A stretch of 44,027 nucleotides of DNA from an uncultured Spirochaetota bacterium (GCA_963745235.1 CAVUXE010000083.1:1-44027); one strand, 5' to 3'; positions 29,958 through 39,664 are shown, counted from the stretch's first letter. A program made the numbers and translations. The notes: a model not told the origin generated them from the sequence alone.

Positions 29958-30099
29958 AGATCCAAGTATACTGCCTGGGTCAAGAGCCGCAGATGCCGTC
30001 ACAGGCACACGTTGGCTTGCAGGGGGAGCTCCTTTGGGGGAGCTTGAGGCCACTCGGCTCGAAGCCGGATGGCGGAAAGCCAACACTCTTTGGGGGGGC

Positions 30100-30135
30100 T
30101 TGACAGACTTATCCCATTTAGCTAAATTGCTAAAT
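30100..30135 (+). promoter_or_regulatory. ars promoter with ArsR-type operator
   Basis: TTGACA-17-TAAATT; perfect inverted repeat ATTTAGC-TAAATT-GCTAAAT (30116-30135) centred on the -10. Confidence 0.8.
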
Positions 30136-30139
30136 AACC

Positions 30140-30458
30140 ATGGATACAAAGACATCGCAGAAGTACGAGCGCCGTTCAAGGGTTATCAAGGCCCTGGCAC
30201 ATCCCAGCCGGCTGTACATCGTAGACAGGCTTGCCGAGCACGAGCACTGCGTCAACGAGCTCACCACGCTCGATCGGCAGCGAGATGTCTACCGTCTCCA
30301 AGCACCTGAGCGTCCTGAAAAACGCCGGTGTCGTCCAGGACGAGAAGCGGGGGGCCTCCATCTACTACTCCCTGCGGATCCCCTGCATCCTGAACTTCTT
30401 CAAGTGCGCTGACGCTGTTCTCGAGGCCATCAAGAAAGAGCAGAACGCTCTCGCTTAA
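30140..30458 (+). CDS. arsR: ArsR/SmtB family repressor (frameshift ~30272)
   Basis: 'KALAHPSRL.I...L...EHCVNEL' joined to 'STVSKHLSVLKNAGVV...KRG..IYYSL'. Confidence 0.9.
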
Positions 30459-30501
30459 GGCTTGAAGGGCGGAAGGCCCAAATACCGATCTGGAGGACTC
30501 A

Positions 30502-31608
30502 GTGGAAACCAAAGTCATAGGCAGGCTTTCGTTCCTGGACCGCTTCCTCACGCTGTGGATCTTTCTGGCCATGGCAGTGGGGGTGGCGCTGGGCTATTTC
30601 ATCCCCGGCGTCGAGGGGTTCATCAACCGATTCCAGGTCGGGCACCACGAACATCCCCATCGCCATCGGGCTCATCCTGATGATGTACCCGCCGCTGGCC
30701 AAGGTGCGCTACGAGGAGCTTGGCGACGTGTTCAGGAACTGGAAGGTCCTCGGCCTGTCGCTGGTGCAGAACTGGGTGATCGGCCCGATCCTCATGTTCG
30801 CCCTGGCCCTCATCTTCCTCCACGGGTATCCCGCCTACATGACGGGGCTGATCATGATCGGCCTGGCGCGCTGCATCGCCATGGTGATCGTGTGGAACGA
30901 GCTGGCGAAAGGCGACTCGGAGTATGCCGCGGGGCTTGTGGCCTTCAACAGCATCTTCCAGGTGCTCCTTTACAGCGTTTACGCCTGGGTCTTCATCACC
31001 GTGCTGCCGCCCCTCTTCGGGCTTGCAGGGAACGGCCGTGCACGTCACCATCGGCCAGATCGCAAAGAGCGTCTTCATCTACCTCGGCATCCCCTTCATC
31101 GCGGGGTTCCTCACCCGCTTCATCCTCGTCCGGGTGAAGAACAAGGAGTGGTATCACAAGCGATTCATCCCCAAGATCAGCCCCATCACCCTGGTGGCAC
31201 TGCTGTTCACGATCATCGTGATGTTCAGCCTCAAGGGAAACCTCATCGTGCAGATTCCCCTCGACGTCGTGCGGATCGCCATCCCGCTGCTGATCTACTT
31301 TCTGGTGATGTTCCTTGCAAGCTTTTTCCTCAGCCGCGCAGTTGGGGCCGACTATCCCAAATCCGCCACTCTCTCCTTCACCGCGGCGAGCAACAATTTC
31401 GAGCTGGCCATCGCGGTGGCCGTGGCCGTCTTCGGAATCGGATCAGGGGTTGCTTTCGCCGCGGTCATCGGTCCCCTGGTGGAGGTGCCGGTGCTCATCG
31501 GTCTGGTGAACGTCGCGTCTGTGGTTCCGGAAGAAGCTTTTCGCGTCCGACGGTGCGCAACTGCAGGCCGCGTCGGCTTCGCGCAAAGGCAGCGGGCAGG
31601 TCCGTTGA
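30502..31608 (+). CDS. acr3: Acr3 arsenite efflux transporter (frameshifts ~30642, ~31030, ~31519)
   Basis: '[16 protein letters not shown]', '[14 protein letters not shown]', 'GLARCIAMV', '[15 protein letters not shown]', 'GPLVEVP'; restored C-terminus ends TGA 31606-31608. Confidence 0.93.
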
Positions 31609-32705
31609 TGAGACAGCGAATGCCGCCGAGGGCGGCGGCCGCGCTGCCGGCGGAGCGGAGCACTCCCGGACATTCCAAGGCCGGAAAGTGGGTGGCGTGG
31701 GCGGTCATCGCTCTTGCAGGCGCAGCCGCCTGGTGGCTTGCGTACACCAATCTCGAGCGCTTCGCCAATTGGCTGGTCTACGCCGCGCTTGGGATGACCG
31801 CCGGCAGCAGGCTTGCTTCGGCGATCGCGTTCTTCGTCTACGAGGCTCCCAAGGTCCTGATGCTCCTGCTTGTCGTGGTGTTCGGGGTGGGAATCGTGCG
31901 CTCCTTCTTCACCCCGGAGCGCACCCGACGGCTTCTTGCCGGCCGCAGGCAGACACTGGGAAACGTGCTGGGCTCGCTCCTGGGCGTGGTGACTCCCTTC
32001 TGCTCCTGCTCCGCGGTGCCGCTTGTTCATCGGCTTCGTCACCACGGGGGTCCCCCTCGGGGTCACCTTCTCCTTCCTCATCGCCGCTCCCATGATCAAC
32101 GAGGTCGCGCTCGTCCTTCTCTTCGGGCTTTTCGGCTGGAAGGTCGCGGCGTTGTACCTGGGCACGGGGCTGGTCATCGCCATGGTTGCAGGTTGGGTGA
32201 TCGGGAGGCTGCGCCTGGAGCGCTGGGTCGAAGGCTGGGTGTACGCGACGGTGCCCGCGGCTTCGCGGCCGGGAAGGAAGAGCGGCTGAGCTGGACGGAG
32301 CGTCTGGCACTTGGCCGCGATGCGGTGAAGGACATCGTCGGCAGGGTCTGGCCGTACGTGCTTGCGGGAATCGCGGTCGGCGCAGGCATCCACGGCTACG
32401 TCCCCGAGCAGCTCATGGCCTCGATCATGGGAAAGGGAGCCTGGTGGTCCGTGCCGCTGGCGGTGGTGATCGGGATCCCGATGTATTCCAACGCCGCAGG
32501 AATCATTCCCGTCGTGCAGGCGCTGCTGGAAAAGGGCGCCGCGCTGGGAACGGTGCTTGCATTCATGATGTCGGTGATCGGCCTGTCGCTGCCCGAGGTG
32601 GTGATTCTGCGCAAGGTGCTGAAGATGCCGCTGATCGCCACATTCGTCGGCGTTGTCGGTGTCGGCATCCTGATCGTCGGATATCTGTTCAACATCGTGC
32701 TGTAG
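31608..32705 (+). CDS. arsP: ArsP/DUF318 family permease (compensating frameshifts ~32025 and ~32265)
   Basis: '[10 protein letters not shown]', '[16 protein letters not shown]', 'HGYVP', 'PMYSNAAG', 'LSLPE'. Confidence 0.88.
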   Translation: MRQRMPPRAAAALPAERSTPGHSKAGKWVAWAVIALAGAAAWWLAYTNLERFANWLVYAALGMTAGSRLASAIAFFVYEAPKVLMLLLVVVFGVGIVRSFFTPERTRRLLAGRRQTLGNVLGSLLGVVTPFCSCSAVPLVHRLRHHGGPPRGHLLLPHRRSHDQRGRARPSLRAFRLEGRGVVPGHGAGHRHGCRLGDREAAPGALGRRLGVRDGARGFAAGKEERLSWTERLALGRDAVKDIVGRVWPYVLAGIAVGAGIHGYVPEQLMASIMGKGAWWSVPLAVVIGIPMYSNAAGIIPVVQALLEKGAALGTVLAFMMSVIGLSLPEVVILRKVLKMPLIATFVGVVGVGILIVGYLFNIVL

Positions 32706-32744
32706 CCGCGGGCCCGGGCCCGCAATCAAGAGGAGGGAACGAAC

Positions 32745-32981
32745 ATGAAGATTGAAGTACTGGGAACGGGCTGCCCGAAGTGCATGAGCGTGGAGCAGAA
32801 CGTGAAGAAGGCTCTCGCGGAGCTCGCCGTTCAGGCGGATGTGGAGAAGGTGACCGACATCCAGCAGATCATCCAGAGGGGTGTCATGTCGACGCCGGCC
32901 CTGGTGATCGACGGCAAGGTGGTGCTCCAGGGGAAGAACCCCACGGTGGAACAGCTCAAACAGCTCATCACGGGGACATGA
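32745..32981 (+). CDS. Small redox-active disulfide protein (MTH895-like thioredoxin)
   Basis: 'IEVLGTGCPKC', 'GVMSTPALVIDG'; SD ggagg. Confidence 0.92.
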   Translation: MKIEVLGTGCPKCMSVEQNVKKALAELAVQADVEKVTDIQQIIQRGVMSTPALVIDGKVVLQGKNPTVEQLKQLITGT

Positions 32982-32984
32982 ATC

Positions 32985-33254
32985 ATGAAAAGCTATGGAA
33001 CATGGAAGGGAACGCCGCGGGAACAGATCCCCTGGTATCCGACAGTCGATCCCGCCAAGTGCGCGGGTTGTCGGAAATGCTTCGAGTTCTGCAGCCACGG
33101 CGTGTACGGCTGGGACGAGGCAGCGAATACTCCGAAGGTGCTCGAGCCTTTCCAGTGCGTGGTGGGGTGCAGCAGCTGCTCCCACGAGTGCGAAGAGGGA
33201 GCGATTACTTTCCCTCCTCTGACGATCCTGAAAGAGTTCGTGAGGAGCACATGA
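32985..33254 (+). CDS. 2x[4Fe-4S] ferredoxin
   Basis: CAGCRKCFEFC and CVVGCSSCSHEC. Confidence 0.9.
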   Translation: MKSYGTWKGTPREQIPWYPTVDPAKCAGCRKCFEFCSHGVYGWDEAANTPKVLEPFQCVVGCSSCSHECEEGAITFPPLTILKEFVRST

Positions 33255-33593
33255 TTCGCACAACGATCAACGCGGGAGTATGCGGGTTCCATACTACGGT
33301 GGCGGCCCGGTCTGACGACATGCAGATGGTGAGCCTGGAGATAGCGAGCGATTGCGAGAAGATCCGCGGCCTGGCAGAAGCACTGGCTGCGCCTGATCGA
33401 CGCCTACCAGGAGATCGGAGACGGGTTCGATGGAGTCGTCCTGAAAGCAGCTCGCGCTCACCTGGATGGCTGCTGTGCAGGCTGCGCCGTGCCCAGCGGC
33501 ATTTTCAAGTCCGTTCAGGTGGCGGGAGGCGTTGCGCTACCAGCCCCCGTCTCTTTCAGCATCGAGCGGGTAGAGGAATCCGCGCGAGCGTAA
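33251..33593 (+). CDS. Cys-rich hypothetical protein, DUF6951-like (frameshift ~33393)
   Basis: 'INAGVCGFHT...IASDCEKI' joined to 'IDAYQEI...GCCAGCAVPSGIFK.VQVAGG.ALP'; SD gagga. Confidence 0.7.
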
Positions 33594-33787
33594 GCGGCTC
33601 GTCAAGAATGTGAGACGTTACCGGTTGCTCGTTCTTGCCGTGGGGGCCGGCCTGACCCGTCTGGGTGCCGCGCGAACAGATGATCAAGCTCATGGGCGAG
33701 AAAAAAAGGCGCAAGCATGCGAAACGGAGGTGAGCTCTTGAGATCTATCCGAGCTATTCCGTCGACCTGGCCATGTGAGGTCCTGCG

Positions 33788-34543
33788 ATGTCTGTGATTG
33801 TCTACACCGTGAGCGCGGTTCTGGTGTTCGTGTTCTCCGGCCTTCTTGCGATGGCCGGGCTGGGTGCTGCGTTCCTCTTCGTGCCGCTCTTCTACTACCT
33901 GGGCGTGCCGCTCGCTGAAGCCACTCCGACCGCACTTCTTCTGAATGTGGTGAGCCTCCTGTTTGCCGCCATCAACTACTGGCGCGCAAAGCTCATCAAC
34001 TGGCCAGTCGGACTGCCCGTGCTTGTGACGGCTGTGATCCTGTCCCCGCTGGGCGCGCTGCTCACGCCACGGGTGAACAAGAGTGTGCTGCTGTGGATGT
34101 TCTCAGGCTTTCTGGTTTTCGCCGGAATCATGATGCTTTTCTTTCAGGCGCGAAGGCGGAAAAAGGAAATGGGCCGTGTGGTGGAAGCCGCTGCAGGTGT
34201 CGGCGTCGGGGGCGTGGCCGGTTTCCTGGGAGGGCTCCTGGGGGTGGGGGGCGGCAACTTCATCGTGCCTGTGCTGAACTGGCTGGGGCTCGACCCGAAG
34301 GTGGCAGCGGGAACCACCGCACTTGTGGTGGTGTTCTCTTCGCTTTCGGGCTTTCTGGGCCACGCCACCCTCGGTGGCCTTGACCCGTTGTTCCTCGGCA
34401 TTACCGCGTCAATGGCGGCGGCGGGCTCCATAGTTGGATCTCAGATTATGAAAACCAAGATATCCGCAAACCAACTGAAAAGGATGATTGGCATCCTTCT
34501 TTGGCTGATAGCAGCCAAGATGATCTGGGACCTGATCAAATAG
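33788..34543 (+). CDS. Sulfite exporter TauE/SafE family protein
   Basis: About 8 TM; 'AGLGAAFLFVP' and 'GLLGVGGGNFIVP...AAGT'. Confidence 0.9.
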   Translation: MSVIVYTVSAVLVFVFSGLLAMAGLGAAFLFVPLFYYLGVPLAEATPTALLLNVVSLLFAAINYWRAKLINWPVGLPVLVTAVILSPLGALLTPRVNKSVLLWMFSGFLVFAGIMMLFFQARRRKKEMGRVVEAAAGVGVGGVAGFLGGLLGVGGGNFIVPVLNWLGLDPKVAAGTTALVVVFSSLSGFLGHATLGGLDPLFLGITASMAAAGSIVGSQIMKTKISANQLKRMIGILLWLIAAKMIWDLIK

Positions 34544-34563
34544 CGCGGAGCAAGGAGGCCTTC

Positions 34564-35160
34564 ATGGCAAAGCGTTTCATCCCCCCCGATTGGGCATTCG
34601 AGTTTCACGCTCACGAGTGCCCCTTCATGCCCATTGGATATCGTATGGGCAGTCTGGCGCTGGAATACCTTGGCGTGGAAAAGGAAGCCGACCACGGGTT
34701 CTTCGTCTTTCCCGAGCTGGGTGAAGGCCACCCTCAGACCTGCATGATGGATGGGATGCAGGTGGCAACAGGAGCCACCTATGGCAAGGTGATGATCGCC
34801 AAGACCTTTTACGGAAAGCTCGCGGCGACTTTCTATCACCCGAAGAAGGGTGCGGTGCGCTACTCACTCTTGCCGGAGTTCAGCGACGCGATGGGCAAGT
34901 TCGAGTTCTTCGGCTATCGCAAGAAGGGCGTCGAGCCGTCGCAGATACCATTGGCGGTGCGTCGGGAGGTCATCCAGTGGGTCTATGACCAGCCGGATGA
35001 TGCAATCTTCAAGGTGGAAGCAAAGCCTGATTTCCGCTACACCCCGCCCAAGGGCTCGTTCAACAAGGCCAAATGCAGCGTGTGCGGCGAGTATGTGTTC
35101 GAACGATATGTGCGAACAAGAGATGGGAAGCCGATGTGCATCCCATGCTCAGGATATTGA
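34564..35160 (+). CDS. fmdE: FmdE family protein with C-terminal zinc finger
   Basis: 'FHAHECP...G.R', 'CMMDGMQVATGATYGK', CSVCGE...CIPC; SD aaggagg. Confidence 0.88.
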   Translation: MAKRFIPPDWAFEFHAHECPFMPIGYRMGSLALEYLGVEKEADHGFFVFPELGEGHPQTCMMDGMQVATGATYGKVMIAKTFYGKLAATFYHPKKGAVRYSLLPEFSDAMGKFEFFGYRKKGVEPSQIPLAVRREVIQWVYDQPDDAIFKVEAKPDFRYTPPKGSFNKAKCSVCGEYVFERYVRTRDGKPMCIPCSGY

Positions 35161-35181
35161 AGGATACGAAGGAGCAAAGAC

Positions 35182-35790
35182 ATGGACAGGAACGACGAAT
35201 TGTACAAGGTTGGACTGGCGCTTCACGGACACAAATGTCCTGCGATGCCTCTTGGTCTGCGCGCGGGCCTGGCTGCGATGGAAGCTTTGGGCGTGCGTCA
35301 CGCCGCCGACGGACAGCTGACCGCGCTCGTGGAGATCGACCGCAATCACTGCTCTACATGCTTCGCAGATGGCGTGCAGGTTGCGACGGGTTGTACCTTT
35401 GGAAAGGGTAATATTCGCAGCCTGGGGTACGGCAAGTTCGCACTGACGCTGATCGACACCAAGACGTCGCGGGGCGTTCGCGTTGTAGCGACCCCGAAGA
35501 CAATCCGCCAGAACCAGGACTCGGAGTTCCTGCACCAGCGCAGGCAGGGAGTCCCCGCCTCCCAGATCAACGCCACCCTGGCTGAGCCGCTGATCGATAG
35601 GGTACTGGCTGATCCGGTTGAGGCGCTCTTCAACGTCGAGCCGATCAAACAGCTGACGCTTCCCCCGGTGCCGCCGCATGCCTTCGACACCATCGTCTGT
35701 GCCGAATGCGGAGAGATGGCGGTGGAGCGCTACGCCCGTGTAAAGCAAGGCAAGATCGTGTGCATGCCCTGCGCGGAGAAGATTGGGTGA
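35182..35790 (+). CDS. fmdE: Second FmdE family protein with C-terminal zinc finger
   Basis: 'LHGHKCPAMPLGLR', 'CFADGVQVATGCTFGKGN', CAECGE...CMPC. Confidence 0.9.
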   Translation: MDRNDELYKVGLALHGHKCPAMPLGLRAGLAAMEALGVRHAADGQLTALVEIDRNHCSTCFADGVQVATGCTFGKGNIRSLGYGKFALTLIDTKTSRGVRVVATPKTIRQNQDSEFLHQRRQGVPASQINATLAEPLIDRVLADPVEALFNVEPIKQLTLPPVPPHAFDTIVCAECGEMAVERYARVKQGKIVCMPCAEKIG

Positions 35791-35793
35791 GCG

Positions 35794-35960
35794 ATGAAAA
35801 TTGCATGAGCCAGCACTTTGGTCGCGCCCCGTTCTAGGTTGTCCTCACCGTCGAGGATAACAAGGTCATTGTGCGCGAGAAACGCGACAGGATGTCCCAC
35901 GCCCAGTTTGCCGGCGAACCACATGGGCATGGCGCGCACGCCAGCAATGGACACGGTTCG
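35794..35960 (+). pseudogene. Remnant of a NifB/NifX (dinitrogenase FeMo-cofactor-binding) family gene
   Basis: MKIA, then 'SQHFGRAPF*VVLTVEDNKVIVREKR..MSHAQFAGEPHGHGAH'; deletion after MKIA, TAG at 35835, C-terminal half absent. Confidence 0.65.
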
Positions 35961-36029
35961 ATCTGGAGTCACAAAACCGGCATGCTCGCATGGCGGAAGG
36001 GGAAGGAACAAAAAGTGAAGGAGGGCACG

Positions 36030-36422
36030 GTGGGAAGGATGCTGCGCGGTGTGGCCGCGCTTATGGTGCTCACTGTCATTCTGGCTGCATGCCATAGAAC
36101 GCAAGGCTCAAGGGCACAGGGCCCGGAATCTGCGCCCGATGCGCTCGTTACTTTCGTAGAGCTTGGATCGGTCAGCTGCATCCCCTGCCGAATGATGCAG
36201 CCGATAATGCGAGACATCGAGAATACATACCAGGGACAGGTAAAGGTCGTTTTTCACGATGTCTGGACCGAGGAAGGGAAACCCTATGGAAAGACCTACC
36301 GGGTCCGTGTGATCCCTACGCAAGTGTTCCTTGACTCGAAGGGCATCGAATACTACCGCCACGAGGGGTTCTTCCCAAAGGACCAGCTTCTCACGGTTCT
36401 CAAGACAAAGGGAGTGAAATGA
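36030..36422 (+). CDS. Thioredoxin family lipoprotein
   Basis: Lipobox LAAC; 'ELGSVSCIPC', 'IPTQVF', 'RHEGF'; SD aaggagg before GTG. Confidence 0.88.
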   Translation: MGRMLRGVAALMVLTVILAACHRTQGSRAQGPESAPDALVTFVELGSVSCIPCRMMQPIMRDIENTYQGQVKVVFHDVWTEEGKPYGKTYRVRVIPTQVFLDSKGIEYYRHEGFFPKDQLLTVLKTKGVK

Positions 36423-37120
36423 GCCTGGTCGCGGCCGTATTCGCCGCGATCACAAGCTGGCTCGAGGCCTCGACCGGCATCGCGATCGGGGCTGCGTTCA
36501 TCTGGGGCGTCAGCTCCGTGGTCCTCTCTCCCTGTCACGTCGCGAGCGTCCCGTTGGCCATCGGGTACGTCAACGGCAAGGGCAGAACAATGCCGAAGAC
36601 AGCATTTCTGCTTTCCCTGGCGTTCGCTCTGGGAATCCTGGTCACCATCGTGGTGGTGGGCGGTGTCACCGCCGCTCTCGGCAGGATGCTCGGCGATGTC
36701 GGGGCGTTGAAGTACGTGGTGGCCGTCATATTCGCAGCGGTCGGGTTGTGGCTGATCGGCGTCATGCGGTTGCCGGACTTGAGCACGAAGAGTACCGCTG
36801 GGCTGCAGGGACGCGGTGCAACGGGAGCCTTCGCACTAGGTCTGCTCTTTGGCCTCGCTCTTGGTCCATGCTCATTCGGGTTCATGATGCCGCTGCTCGC
36901 AGTCGCTTTCCGACATGCCGCCACGCAACCTGTTGCCGCCGCCGGGCTCATTGGCGCATACGCCCTCGGCCACACGGCGGTGATCGTCGCAGCAGGGACT
37001 TTCGCAAACCTCGTTCAGCGTTGGCTGGATTGGAACGAGCAATCATCAGGCACAAAGATCATTCGCATAGTCTGCGGCGCGCTCGTCATCCTGGCGGGAA
37101 TTGCCATGGTCTTGTCTTGA
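36419..37120 (+). CDS. ccdA: CcdA/DsbD-beta transmembrane electron transporter
   Basis: Two PC motifs (LSPCH, LGPCS), about 6 TM; ATGA overlap with the thioredoxin gene. Confidence 0.88.
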   Translation: MSLVAAVFAAITSWLEASTGIAIGAAFIWGVSSVVLSPCHVASVPLAIGYVNGKGRTMPKTAFLLSLAFALGILVTIVVVGGVTAALGRMLGDVGALKYVVAVIFAAVGLWLIGVMRLPDLSTKSTAGLQGRGATGAFALGLLFGLALGPCSFGFMMPLLAVAFRHAATQPVAAAGLIGAYALGHTAVIVAAGTFANLVQRWLDWNEQSSGTKIIRIVCGALVILAGIAMVLS

Positions 37121-37176
37121 GAGCGGCATCTGCGGGGAAGCTGTTCGGCCGTAAATCCCTGGAGTAGCTTTGACCT

Positions 37177-37500
37177 ATGACCATTCGCATCATGACATTC
37201 GAGGGGTGCCCGAATTGCAGCGCGACCAGGAAACTCGTGCAAGAAACTGTCAGAGAGCTGAACTTAGACGCGGACATCGAAGCTGTCCAGGTGCGGGACG
37301 AGAATGAAGCTCAACGATACGGGTTCCTGGGCTCTCCTACCATCCAGGTGGACGGCCAAGACATCGAAACAAGCAGGCGGATGGAGAAGGCGACCTTTTC
37401 CTGCCGCGTGTATAGGACTCCTGAGGGCTTCACGGGAGTGCCACCAAAGAACCTGCTTGTGGACGCTCTGAGAAAAGCCAAACCGATTAGCCCCACATGA
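37177..37500 (+). CDS. Thioredoxin-like protein (DUF2703 / MerB-associated type)
   Basis: 'FEGCPNC', 'FLGSPTIQVDGQD', 'CRVY...G..G.P'. Confidence 0.8.
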   Translation: MTIRIMTFEGCPNCSATRKLVQETVRELNLDADIEAVQVRDENEAQRYGFLGSPTIQVDGQDIETSRRMEKATFSCRVYRTPEGFTGVPPKNLLVDALRKAKPISPT

Positions 37501-37862
37501 CTCACTGACGGTCCCCTTGCCCCTCCTCTCCGGGGCCGCGCCCGAAGCTTACGGCGGTCATCACAGCCAGGAGAACACCGTCACCAATGGCATAAACTTC
37601 CTCGACCTCGAAGCTCAACCAGTGTCTTCGCATCTTCTACTCAGAGTTCATCCGGGTCAGCCTCCTGTACCCGTCCCAGTCGCTGTTCTTCGCCTGAACT
37701 GTCTTCTGACAGGGCAGGGCCGCCCGCTGTCACGCGGCCGCGGCCCGAGAGGGCATCATCGTCCCCCCATCGCCATTTTCCGTATGACGAATGAGTGCAA
37801 CCCGCGGCAGACAGTCAGGTATTGACCCCTCGCCCCCTTCCGGGCACCATGTTGCCACTTCG

Positions 37863-38627
37863 ATGCAAAGCCCAGAGCCTTCCCTCGCTACTCATGACGC
37901 GGTCCCCGCCGCCGCCGCCCTCATTCGCGGCGCGAAGTACCTCACTGCCTTCACCGGCGCGGGGATCTCGGTGGAAAGCGGCATCCCGCCGTTCCGCGGA
38001 GACGACGGCTTGTGGAGTCAATACGACCCGCGAATGCTGGAGCTTGGCTTTTTCCTTGCCCACCCTGAGAAGGCGTGGCCCGTCATCAAGGAAATCTTCT
38101 ATGACCACTTCGGAAGGGCGAAGCCGAACAAGGCCCACTGTGTGCTTGCGCAGCTGGAGGCCGCGGGAAAACTGCGGGTCCTCATCACACAGAACATCGA
38201 CAATCTGCATTTTGCCGCAGGAAGCCGCAGTATCGTCGAGTTCCACGGCAATTCGCGGCTGCTTCTCTGCCTCCACTGCGGCACGCGCGTCGAAGCGCGC
38301 GCAGACCTGCTGACGGCGCTTCCCCCCCGCTGCCCGTGCGGGGGGCTGTACAAGCCTGATTTCGTTTTCTTCGGAGAAGAGATCCCGGCATCCGCGCACG
38401 AGCGCTCCCGGGAAGCGGCGCGCCAAACCGACGTCATGATCGTTGTCGGGTCCACCGGGGAAGTCTACCCGGCCGCGCTGGTTCCCCGATGGGCGAAGGA
38501 CGCGGGAGCGAAGATCATAGAGGTGAACCCGGGTGACTCCGAGTTCACGGGGTCCGTCACTGACATTCACATCCCCTGGAAAGCGGCGGAGGCATTCAGC
38601 CTCCTGGAAAAGGAGCTTGCGTCATGA
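37863..38627 (+). CDS. cobB: Sir2 family NAD-dependent deacylase
   Basis: [27 protein letters not shown], Zn ligands [26 protein letters not shown]. Confidence 0.95.
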   Translation: MQSPEPSLATHDAVPAAAALIRGAKYLTAFTGAGISVESGIPPFRGDDGLWSQYDPRMLELGFFLAHPEKAWPVIKEIFYDHFGRAKPNKAHCVLAQLEAAGKLRVLITQNIDNLHFAAGSRSIVEFHGNSRLLLCLHCGTRVEARADLLTALPPRCPCGGLYKPDFVFFGEEIPASAHERSREAARQTDVMIVVGSTGEVYPAALVPRWAKDAGAKIIEVNPGDSEFTGSVTDIHIPWKAAEAFSLLEKELAS

Positions 38628-39652
38628 AGGTCTTTGATTTGCGAAGCGACACGGTCACGCGGCCATCCGCGGCCATGAGAAAAGCCATGGCCGAGGCGGA
38701 GGTAGGTGATGACGTTTACGGAGAGGACCCCTCCGTCAACAAGCTGCAGGAGATGTCCGCTGCCGTGACCGGCAAGGAAGCGGCGCTTTTCGTTCCCTCA
38801 GGCTCAATGGGAAACCTCATCCCGATATTCCTCAACTGCGGGAAGGGAAACGAGGTGCTCTGCGACTCCCGCGCGCATATCGTCCAGCACGAGATGGCAT
38901 CTGCGGCTGCCATTGCCGGCAGCCTTCCCGTGCAGATCCCGACTGACAGAGGGATCCTGGAGGTCGAGCAGCTGGAGTCACGGATACAGCCTGACATCTA
39001 CTACTGCGCCCGTACCAGGATGATTGCTCTGGAGAACACCCACAACGCCTGCGGAGGGACTTTCTATCCCCTTGCCACCTTGAAGAGGATCGGTGTGTTT
39101 GCCAGACGGAAGAAGATGAGCGTCCACATGGACGGGGCAAGGCTCTTCAACGCTTCCATCGCCTGCGGGGAGTCGGTAAAAGCCCTGTGCACGGAAACCG
39201 ACACGGTGACATTCTGCATCTCCAAGGGACTGGGCGCACCGGTCGGGGCTCTCTTGTGCGGCACGAAAGAGCTCATCGCGGAAGCGAGGCGCGTACGCAA
39301 GCTGCTCGGCGGAGGGATGCGCCAGGCAGGAATCATCGCCGCCGCTGGCGTCTATGCGCTTTCCAACAATGTCGAGCGGCTGGCCGAAGACCACGAAAAC
39401 GCGAAGACCCTGGCGAACGCCCTGGCATGCACGTCGTGGGCCGCTCTGGTGCCGGAGGAGATCGTGACGAACATCATCTACTTCCGCACACCGGACAGGA
39501 ACGCGGAAGACGTGGTCCACGCGCTGGAGCAGAAGGGTGTCCTGTGCGGGCCCGCCGCCGGCCCTGATCGCATCCGGTTTGTCACGCACCTGGACGTCTC
39601 CCGCAAGGACACCGCGGAGATTGCCCGCATCCTGCAGGAGACAAAGGTGTAA
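38624..39652 (+). CDS. ltaE: Low-specificity L-threonine aldolase
   Basis: [49 protein letters not shown]. Confidence 0.95.
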   Translation: MKVFDLRSDTVTRPSAAMRKAMAEAEVGDDVYGEDPSVNKLQEMSAAVTGKEAALFVPSGSMGNLIPIFLNCGKGNEVLCDSRAHIVQHEMASAAAIAGSLPVQIPTDRGILEVEQLESRIQPDIYYCARTRMIALENTHNACGGTFYPLATLKRIGVFARRKKMSVHMDGARLFNASIACGESVKALCTETDTVTFCISKGLGAPVGALLCGTKELIAEARRVRKLLGGGMRQAGIIAAAGVYALSNNVERLAEDHENAKTLANALACTSWAALVPEEIVTNIIYFRTPDRNAEDVVHALEQKGVLCGPAAGPDRIRFVTHLDVSRKDTAEIARILQETKV

Positions 39653-39664
39653 GGCAGGGGGAAC

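Noticed and set aside
30924-32705. Apparent 593-aa Acr3-ArsP fusion
   Set aside because: Removing one base at ~31519 restores a typical Acr3 end (VNVALWFRKK) with a TGATG stop/start overlap at 31606-31610; likely an indel artefact
32708-32723. Perfect 16-bp palindrome GCGGGCCCGGGCCCGC after arsP
   Set aside because: All-GC, no loop or U-tract, single copy; plausible by chance or as a minor mRNA-stability element
29047-37500. Selenoproteins among the redoxins
   Set aside because: All CxxC and related motifs read use TGC/TGT; no in-frame TGA at catalytic positions was seen
37501-37860. Possible degraded gene on the minus strand ('EVEEVYAIGDG')
   Set aside because: Only a short motif-like stretch with no supportable ORF or family
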